From Octopus bimaculoides (Eukaryota), in NCBI RefSeq assembly GCF_001194135.2, contig NC_068987.1:4009102-4073101 (forward strand): a DNA stretch of 64,000 nt, in the 5' to 3' direction. Every line of letters starts with the position of its first letter. Position 1 is the first letter of the stretch. The position numbers were made by a program, and so were the translations under genes. The notes beneath the pieces were generated by a model. It was not told where the DNA came from. It saw only the letters and a list, made by a program, of their open reading frames with translations, and did no database searches. Positions 55,441-64,000 of the stretch are shown piece by piece.

Positions 55441-55574
55441 AGTGATTGAACAAACGATAGTAGCACTCAAAAACCTTTGGTAGATTACATATATTTCAAC
55501 TGCTTCTACCATCTGATGAGATGGACGTGCCCTCCGCGCCCACGAAACTTTTAGTAATGGGGAACTGAGTGAAA

Positions 55575-55610
<36 letters not shown>

Positions 55611-56333
55611 TATATATGTTACACATTGTTTTTCTGTTCTTTACTGAATCGACACATTCTACGCTTAGATCAACATTTATTTATAATCCATTCCTCTGAC
55701 GTCATTCAACTTGATTCCGCATTTACTGGTTTCAAACTTGTGTTAATTATCTCCCTTCAATTACTATTACATAAATACAGCCTATTTGACTGCTCCAATT
55801 ACTCCATTTTTTTTTCGCTTTTTCTTATCACTGACAATGATGATACATTAAGTTAATAATTAGACTGTCAGCAAGAGAATGGGTTCTGCTATTGTTCTTT
55901 CATAACCTTATAATGTTAGATACCAGAATTAACTGCAAACCATTGTCATTTTAGTTTACCTTATTTTATTTTTTTAATTTTCTAATTTTGTACTTTCCGG
56001 AAATGGATTACAAACGGATGTTGATCTAGGTATAGAATATGTCTAAATAACAGAACGAGCACAGAAAAAGAATCGTGTGTGTGTGTGTGTGTGTGATATA
56101 TATGTATATATATATTTATATACATATGTGTGTGTGCGTATATGTGCGTGTGTGTGTGCATCTGTGTATGTGTGCATGTGTGTGTGTATGTATATACATA
56201 TTTTGCATATATATATTATATATATATATGTACATATATATACATATACATATATATACATACATATATGTATGTGTGTATATAATACATACATCTAGAT
56301 ATACATATATGTATGTATATGTATATATATGTA

Positions 56334-56368
<35 letters not shown>

Positions 56369-57406
56369 GTATGTATATGTGTGTGTGTATGCGTATATAT
56401 ATAAATACACACACACATACACACGCACATACACATATATAGACATACAAATGTGTGTGTGTCTCAGTGTATGTATGTATGTACGTATGTATGTATGCGT
56501 GCGGGACGGGTAACGATGCCTACTAACTCATCGTCTTTTTTCTTCTTGTTTCAAAGAAGCAGACGACAACTAAACGGTAATAAACCAACTTGAAATCGAG
56601 GCTGATTCTCGTCTAGGACGGGGAAGTTGTTTTCGTCGCAAGAGACGGAAGGAAATTTAGATCCTTAAAAGAGACAAGGAGACAATGGATAAGAACCGAA
56701 GTGCTTTCAACCTCCTTATACCCCTTATTATCTCTAAACACTTTATTTTGTTCTTCATTTTATTCTTTAGTTTGTTTGGCACTTTCTTCCTTATAATCTA
56801 TTATAATCTATTACAATCTATTATAATTTATTATAATTTATTATAATCTAACCATTAAGATAGAATAGTAATTTATAGTTGGCCTGACCCTTTTCTTTTG
56901 TTTATTTTTTAAATTTATATATTTTTTAATATGTTTTAGTCATTAGACTGCGGCCATGCTGCAGCACCACCTTGATGAATTTTACTCGAACAAATTGACC
57001 CCAGTACCTTTTTCTTAAAGCATAATATTTATTCTATCGGTATTAAGTTGGTGTTTGGAAGTTGAATTTACATGAAATTTTGATAAAACGTTTTTAGATC
57101 ATTCTACAACAAGAAACTTGTATCACAGAATCTTGGACGGTCGCAGGAAAACCAAACAGGGAAACCCAAAAGTGGGGTTTGAAACTGGTGTAAAATGGCG
57201 ACTGTAGGGAAGACTTGTTGAAAGATGAAAGCCGAGGAATTCGCCGTTCTGGGAGTACTGATTAGTTAGGAAATAATGGGTGATGAGCACAAAAGGGGGA
57301 TGAGAAAAGAGAGACAAATGTGCACGTACCAGTTGAACACTGGGATCAATATAATCGACTATACACCCCCCACCAAATTTCAGGCCTTGTGCCTTTAGTA
57401 GAAAGG

Positions 57407-57457
<51 letters not shown>

Positions 57458-58684
57458 GGCACAGCAGATTAGACTTGGAAATTCCTAACCATAAATGCAA
57501 AAAAACCTCCTAACCATTTAATTGCTACCCTTGTGGCAAAATTTGAAACCATTATTATTATTATATTATTATTATTATTCATGTTGTTGTTTTCGTTTGC
57601 CCTTGCTCATTCCCGATCGACCAACGCGAGACTCAAAGATATTTACTTCAATCTACATGGCCATCGAAGCCATTATATTTTATCCTTTTTAATGACGATA
57701 TGTTTTCATTTAGGAGGGATTTTGATTCTATTTCTAGCAAGGCAAGCACCTACATGTATGCTTTCTCATTGGTTCACCATTTTTAGTTATATTTTATGCA
57801 ACTGTAGAAGCAAAATGGCTGAGGTTATTCACGCTGTTCAATTCAATATAAGATTATAACTGCTTTAAGTATTCCTCCGAGGAAGACTTAATTCTCTTTG
57901 CATTGGTTCTTTCAATTGTCGTATATAGATTACGAATTTCTCATGCTATCACCTAACATTCTATCCCCTGACAACTTTGACATTTTATATCGCCTAATAT
58001 GACGGAATGTACATGTATTTTTAACAGTTGAATTTGTTTCTTTCCATACATTAATAGCGAAAGGGATTAGGAAGAAATAAAAACGGGGCTGCAAGCAAGA
58101 AAGACACAATAACATGCAAACATAGAGATGAACAAAGGTTTTGAGACAATGAGTGTTAGTTGGAACAAAGACAGAAAGTTTTGACATGAAATTGGCTGCG
58201 GAATATTTTTTATTGACAATGTAGCACATTACATAACACAAGACATCACATGACATATGAAATTTGAAAACAAAAATAGAAATCAAATAATTAAAACAAC
58301 ACAAAACAGATGGTAATATTGAAAGGACAGGTAGGAGAAAAGCATTGGCAAGCAAAATGACATAACAATGGAGCATTAGATTCCAATAATGATTGTCGAA
58401 GCAATTAGGATTGTCGAAAATTGGATCAATTTGGTGTTAGATCATCTTTGATGTCTTAAAACATATATAATAATAATAATAATATTTAGAAAATAGTTCG
58501 CTATTCTTTGATCTTTAAAGGAGTATGTTCGAAGTAAATTTATCCAAAATTTGTTTTGTATAATGAAGTATTTCTTTTTTTCGGTGTAAAATTTAAATGC
58601 AGTGATTATATATAGTTACATTTTGAGTTCTTTATAAAAATAGTTGTTTTTGATGAGTGAATAGCAATTTATCAAATGATGCTT

Positions 58685-58722
<38 letters not shown>

Positions 58723-60576
58723 ACGATAGGAACATAAAGATGAATAAGATTTTTACCAAATAAAATATGGACGACATATTTGAATCACATAACACTAACA
58801 ACAACGATAACAATAATAACGATGACGACGACGCTGGACTGGATGAAGAGAGAAGAAAGACTAGGAGTGGCTGAGAGGGTTAGGGTGGAGAGAAGCGAGA
58901 GAGGGAGAGAAAAAGGGAGAGAGGGGGATGCAGCGGGGGGAGAAACATAAGAAAAAGAAATAAAGGGAGAGAAGGAAAGAAACAAACTGTAATATTGGTT
59001 TCAAATTTTAGCAGAAGACGAGCAATATCGGGGAAGCGGGTAAATCAATCACATCGACCCCCAATGTTCAACTGGTACTTGTTTTGTCGACCCCGGAAGG
59101 AGGAAAGGCAAAGTCGACCTCNNNNNNNNNNNNNNNNNNNNNNNNNNNNNNNNNNNNNNNNNNNNNNNNNNNNNNNNNNNNNNNNNNNNNNNNNNNNNNN
59201 NNNNNNNNNNNNNNNNNNNNNNNNNNNNNNNNNNNNNNNNNNNNNNNNNNNNNNNNNNNNNNNNNNNNNNNNNNNNNNNNNNNNNNNNNNNNNNNNNNNN
59301 NNNNNNNNNNNNNNNNNNNNNNNNNNNNNNNNNNNNNNNNNNNNNNNNNNNNNNNNNNNNNNNNNNNNNNNNNNNNNNNNNNNNNNNNNNNNNNNNNNNN
59401 NNNNNNNNNNNNNNNNNNNNNNNNNNNNNNNNNNNNNNNNNNNNNNNNNNNNNNNNNNNNNNNNNNNNNNNNNNNNNNNNNNNNNNNNNNNNNNNNNNNN
59501 NNNNNNNNNNNNNNNNNNNNNNNNNNNNNNNNNNNNNNNNNNNNNNNNNNNNNNNNNNNNNNNNNNNNNNNNNNNNNNNNNNNNNNNNNNNNNNNNNNNN
59601 NNNNNNNNNNNNNNNNNNNNNNNNNNNNNNNNNNNNNNNNNNNNNNNNNNNNNNNNNNNNNNNNNNNNNNNNNNNNNNNNNNNNNNNNNNNNNNNNNNNN
59701 NNNNNNNNNNNNNNNNNNNNNNNNNNNNNNNNNNNNNNNNNNNNNNNNNNNNNNNNNNNNNNNNNNNNNNNNNNNNNNNNTGCGACATCTGCCCTGAATC
59801 CCTCTTCTCTACCTACAGTGAATGATCTATCATGTATGTATGTATGTATGTATGTATGTATGTATGTATGCATGCATGTATGTACGTACGTACGTACGTA
59901 TGCTATTCAGTTTTATTTCAAGATTTTTTTGGGCCAATAGAGAAAGCGCCGGTTTCTAACCTAGATTCAAGGTTCCTTCAGTGGAATTTCAATTACATCA
60001 ACAGGGTATCCGTGTATGTTTGTGGGTATGTGTGCAGGATTTGGAGTCAGTGCATGTGAAAATTTACATGTATTCTCATGCACATAATTACATGTCTAGA
60101 CATGCGCATATATACCCAACTGCTAAACTTCTGATTTGTATTTATCTATATATGCATGGCTGTGTATATATGTGTATATATGCATGTATTTCTGTATGTT
60201 TGCTAGCATTTAGTTTTATTTCTAGACTTCTTGACAGCAGAGAAAAAAGCCGGTTTCTAATCTGATCCAACACCGTACTTCTCCGTTCACGCAGACGATT
60301 TGTAAAAAAACATAACTGGTCCGGCTATATAACGTTTGTGCGAGATGAATAATGATTAATTGATGAACTGATCGATTGACATTGATCATGCAATCTCAGA
60401 TCTATATGGATTAAGGTGGATAAAAGAATTGTGGGGTATTCGTGCTTTTCCCTTGAGTATTAATAAGGCAAATAGAACCTGGTTCTCCAAAATAAAATGG
60501 AAAGCAGCTCACCGAGAAAGTTCTGGAATTTCAAGCAATTTTTTCATTGACATGATGGATGTAAATATGGATATTA

Positions 60577-60608
<32 letters not shown>

Positions 60609-60850
60609 GTACATGTGAGTGTGTATACGTGTGTGGGTCTATTTGTGCGCAGATACGTGCGTGTGTGTGTATGTGCATATGTATGTATGCGTGCATGTGT
60701 GTGCGTGTGAATAAATGTAAATGCGTTGTAAGTGAACAAAGAAATGTGCGTGTATGTATACACATACATACAGGCAGCTATATACATATACATATACATA
60801 CAGACATATATATGAATATATGATACATACTGTATATATATATTTATGTA

Positions 60851-60918
<68 letters not shown>

Positions 60919-61316
60919 CACAATACATACGTACTATATATATGTGTGTGTACATATGCATACATAGATATAAGTATATATGTATGTATGCATGTATATA
61001 TACACACATATATATACATATACGTATACATATATATATATACGCATATATGTACATACACACATATATAGACATATATATGCGTATATATTCATACGCA
61101 CACATATATTTACATAAATGTAAACATATATGAAGATATAAGATAACATTACGCACATACACACACACACACGCACATATATATATATATTCATAGGCGC
61201 GTATGTACATATAGACATATGCACATGCATATAAATACACAAACATATGTATATATACTTATCTATGCTTATATATGTACATATGTACGCATATGCACAC
61301 ATACATAATTACATGC

Positions 61317-61373
<57 letters not shown>

Positions 61374-61423
61374 AAGACATATATACATATGTATACATAT
61401 ATGTATATGCATATAGGCATTTG

Positions 61424-61454
<31 letters not shown>

Positions 61455-63562
61455 ATGTATGCACGCATACACACAAATACATAGCTTTAAAAAATGACGA
61501 AAAAATTCAAGATTCCTCAGGGCGGAGACATGCTCTAAACTCTTTTACAACTCGTCAGGGCCAGCTTCTGTATTAGAGTTGGGCGTTGGCATATAAGTAA
61601 CACTGTCGTTATTGGCAGCGACAGGCGGCGGTCGCCGATTATTACTGCGGTGATACAATCGGCTGCCATGATTAGACAAGGCAGAGAGCGAGCGCATCAA
61701 ACATCCGGTACTAACCCTCATATCTTTCGTGTTTCTTTTCTTTCCACACAGGTGTAAGATGACCAAAAAGACGATGATGAGGGCTATTATGGTGAAGACT
61801 GAGCCCAGTACCACACCGGTTGAGTTGAAATGATTCGGTTCCTGTGAAATTAAAAAAAAAATCATTATTATATAAAAAGAATGATTATAATAATAATGGA
61901 TACACGTTCAGGTAAACATACTCAAATAAATATATATATATACAATGAAGGAGGACGACGAAAGAATTAACTGTAAAACAGAAAAAGCATACACACACAC
62001 ATACATACACGCACACACAAACACCACCCACACACATACACACAATAGATTCAGACAAACTCAATCCCTCATCTATTATTGATCAAATATCATCTCAGTT
62101 TCGACACTTGCTGAGAATAGTGTTCAGTTTGGTGGTGTCAGCAAGAGAAGCTACTGGGGATATAAGTGAGCAGACATAGCAGACGAACAGACATAGCAGA
62201 CGAACAAGGAAGGAAAAAATGTGAGAAGTACACGAAGAAGAAGGAAATAAGGGGTCTGTAGACAGAAAGTAAATGAAGAGGAATTGTAAGAAGAATAGGA
62301 AAAATCTATGACAAATGACACAAATAAACAAGGACAATAATATAAAAAATTCAAAACGACTCAAAGAGATATTCGCAGACATAGAATATCTTGCGACATG
62401 ACGACAACAATAAGATGTGTTGTGTGAATTAACGCTTGTAGGAAAGATAGCTGTCCTTTTGGACTTGAGAAAAATAGAATAAGATTGTTGTGTGATAGCC
62501 ATTGTGTTCATAACCATCAGTTCTGGGTGTCTTTGACTGACTAGACAGAATGATGTTGAAACACCGGGTGTCCCAAAGTCAAGTGTAATATTAACGTAAC
62601 TTCGCTGCAAAGGAGTTGTTCTCCAATGACGAAACTCATCAGCGAATAGTATATTCACATATTAAGGATAGATATTGAAGTCATCATTTTGATTTTCGTT
62701 GTTCAACGTTAGATTAAATAGTTAGCTTCAAACACGCGCGTGGGCATACACACACACACACACACACTCACACCTATATATCATCATCATCATCATCATT
62801 TAAATATCTGTGTTCCATGCTGGAATGGGCTGGACTGTTTGGCAGGAGCCGGTGGGCCCAAGGAGTTCATTGTTCTCCAGTATCTGTTTTGGCATAGCTT
62901 CTATGGCTGGATGCTTTTCCTAATGGTAACTACTTTACAACAAGAACTGTGTGCATTTCCGTGCCATCAGCGCTCGGTGAGAACGCCATGCAGGTTACGG
63001 GACAACGAACCTCAACGGAGGCGACTCCAAGTCAGAAGATGAGGAGTAGAAGGGAGTAAATAAGGAAAGAAAAAGGCCGGCGCGGAACATGTTTTTTTTT
63101 TTTTGCTGCAGAGGAGCTATATGGCTACCCACATTTTAGAAGAGAGGGTGTGAACGATCGGTTGGAAGTGGAAGACGATAAAAATAGGGGTGGTGAGGTG
63201 TCAGAATAGACCTTTAAGATACACGGTAGGTAGGAATGAGTGAAGTAGAGGGGCCAGGAGGGAGTAGATGTCTAACAGTGCAACGCAGCGAAATAGAAAT
63301 GATGATAAAGTGAGGAGAGGATGAACTAACGGGAGATAAACATGTTGTATAGGTTGCAAGCGTGGATGAGGAAAAGAAAAGCAGACGTTGTATATGAGGA
63401 GCGAGAGACGGATGGCGGCGATAATATAATCTTTTCTTACCGTGTCTTGTAACGCCAGCGTAGAATCATTTGCTGCTGTCGCAATCTTTTCAGGTAACAG
63501 AAGGCCGTGTATTGTAGTTGATTTATCTGTCTCCGGAACCGTATGGGTCTCTTTAGCAGAAT
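41259..63562 (-). CDS. 3' part of an unidentified single-pass type I membrane protein gene (exons 63562-63441, 61841-61716, 50059-49675, 41461-41259); the 5' part lies beyond the window
   Basis: Four coding-like blocks with canonical splice sites and compatible phases (0, 0, 1). Order: S/T-rich stalk, one TM helix followed by KKR, long disordered tail with Tyr motifs and poly-Q, acidic C-terminus. Confidence 0.7.
42480..42778 (-). mobile_element. Mutator/MULE transposase C-terminal relic
   Basis: [27 protein letters not shown]...KKYKD, then after a frameshift [24 protein letters not shown]; typical of the MULE C-terminal HPNIWxF..LKKEQ...KKY...LDYL pattern. Confidence 0.7.
45802..46245 (-). 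pseudogene. GMNN: Geminin-like (geminin/multicilin coiled-coil family) processed pseudogene
   Basis: Conceptual translation [91 protein letters not shown] matches the geminin YWKxxAE coiled coil and acidic tail. Two in-frame stops and two frameshifts in this segment; no introns; 5' end cut by (AT)n and a gap. Confidence 0.7.
48167..48321. repeat. 72-bp tandem duplication (2.1 copies)
   Basis: aaattaatgtt restarts at 48167, 48239 and 48311; the two full copies differ by one base. Confidence 0.92.
48582..48749. repeat. 32-bp minisatellite, about 5.2 diverged units
   Basis: Units start at 48582, 48614, 48646, 48679, 48711, 48743; consensus approximately ACTCYCCAGGAGCTTANCTCTARCTCTACARC. Confidence 0.9.
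49675..50059 (-). CDS. Membrane-protein gene cytoplasmic exon ([18 protein letters not shown]...[20 protein letters not shown]...KKLVPPP)
   Basis: 128-codon open, GC-elevated frame; donor CCTG|gtacgt, phase 1; acceptor is weak (attaaag| or atgcag|). Confidence 0.75.
51232..51330. repeat. (AAG)n microsatellite
   Basis: Direct reading of the sequence. Confidence 0.97.
51915..52255 (+). mobile_element. tRNA-derived SINE with conserved central domain (family H)
   Basis: Head GCGCATGGCCAAGTGGTTAGGGCGTTG; core gtgttcttgagc..cacttcatttcac..ccagtccactca also seen on the - strand near 10500-10870 and 28640-28850. Confidence 0.7.
53026..53397 (+). mobile_element. Helentron/Helitron2-associated non-autonomous element (HINE/DINE-1-like)
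   Basis: Subterminal IR ACCTCCGCC (5') / GGCGGAGGT (53365-53373), internal GTTT/GTCT microsatellite, 3' hairpin GCGCTC-TCT-GAGTGC, T-rich ends. Confidence 0.75.
55509..55560 (+). ncRNA. Type I hammerhead ribozyme motif
   Basis: CCAT-CTGATGA-stem II (GATGGACGTG/CCCTC/CGCGCCCAC)-GAAA-stem III (ACT/TTT/AGT)-A cleavage-ATGG; catalytic core intact and all three helices can pair. Confidence 0.7.
60578..61480. repeat. Large compound (TA)/(CA)/(TG) microsatellite field; similar fields at 36120-36810, 53830-54030, 56070-56500
   Basis: Direct reading; produces many overlapping Y/I/C/V/H/T ORFs. Confidence 0.95.
61545..61841 (-). CDS. Membrane-protein gene exon with TM helix ([42 protein letters not shown]); splices at 61716 or reads through to a stop at 61545 (...GPDEL*)
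   Basis: Acceptor tttttaatttcacag|, phase 0; about 23-aa hydrophobic segment followed by KKR; internal donor AGG|gttagt; GC-elevated open frame to TAA. Confidence 0.8.
   Translation of the reverse strand, partial: EPNHFNSTGVVLGSVFTIIALIIVFLVILHLCGKKRNTKDMRVSTGCLMRSLSALSNHGSRLYHRSNNRRPPPVAANNDSVTYMPTPNSNTEAGPDEL
63441..63562 (-). CDS. Membrane-protein gene exon: juxtamembrane stalk ([41 protein letters not shown])
   Basis: Acceptor ttttctgatttctag|, donor |gtaaga, phase 1 to 0, open frame, NDS sequon. Confidence 0.75.
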
Positions 63563-64000
63563 CTAGAAATCAGAAAATAAAAGAAAACTTATATAAAATA
63601 GGAGGAAAATATGTGAAGTTATCAAAATATCTCTTGGTACTGGTTCTTTCTGAAGTCATCTATTAATACCTGTATGGCGTTTAGTTCTTCCAATACTGGA
63701 ATTTCGACTTTGTGTCGTTATGGAGTAAACAACAAGAGATAGAAATAATGTTCGTTTAAAGCAGTTATTTTATCGAAATCTCTCTTCTGGCTATCATCTC
63801 TTGCAAATCAAAAGAATAAATGACATAACACTATTTTGCCGACTAACCCGACAACAAGATGGTAATCAACGCGTGATAAAACCAAAACTGTATTGTTGAA
63901 ACACGCAGGCATCATTTCTATCAAGGAAACCAAAGATACAGGAAGATGCTTTGTGCACACATACACACACACACACATGTATGTATATATATATATATAT

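Noticed and set aside
56043-56513. Clusters of overlapping Y/I/C/V/H-rich ORFs (also 36016-36906, 53584-54132, 60429-61576)
   Set aside because: Dinucleotide and tetranucleotide microsatellite translations.
62095-62658. 187-aa - strand ORF with a faint laminin-N-terminal-like stretch ([19 protein letters not shown]) and a U12-like TCCTTAAT...AC upstream
   Set aside because: Flanking exons 63441 and 61841 already join in phase 0. There is no matching AT-AC donor or good phase-0 splice sites, the 3' half is pyrimidine-rich low complexity, and it contains a mariner-like TIR motif (CCGGGTGTCCCAAA). Probably fortuitous.
62960-63420. Purine-rich block that might be a LINE 3' end on the - strand
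   Set aside because: No convincing RT C-terminal motif could be read in any frame; left uncalled pending a RepeatMasker search.

Overview
Eukaryotic, AT-rich draft scaffold with many N-gaps, dense in microsatellites, SINEs and MITEs. The repeat landscape looks like Octopus/coleoid cephalopod DNA (inference from recognised repeat motifs, not a database hit). One gene is solid: a complete 10-exon PEX16 on the + strand (ATG 21225 to TAA 36081, 1029 nt, 342 aa, all intron phases consistent). Its intron 6 is a minor-spliceosome (U12) GT-AG intron. Convergent with it on the - strand is the 3' part of an unidentified single-pass type I membrane protein gene (exons 63562-63441, 61841-61716, 50059-49675, 41461-41259) that continues beyond the window and may have two alternative cytoplasmic tails. 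Head-to-head with PEX16 is a likely bidirectional promoter and a tentative, unidentified multi-exon - strand gene. Other notable items: a frameshifted, intronless geminin-like pseudogene; several hammerhead-ribozyme motifs (one well-formed type I at 55509-55560); a young 111-bp foldback MITE with an 8-bp TSD and a telomere-like loop; long hairpins; and relics of RTE, MULE, piggyBac-MITE and Helentron-type elements. No prokaryotic systems, CRISPR arrays, rRNA or true tRNA genes are supported.
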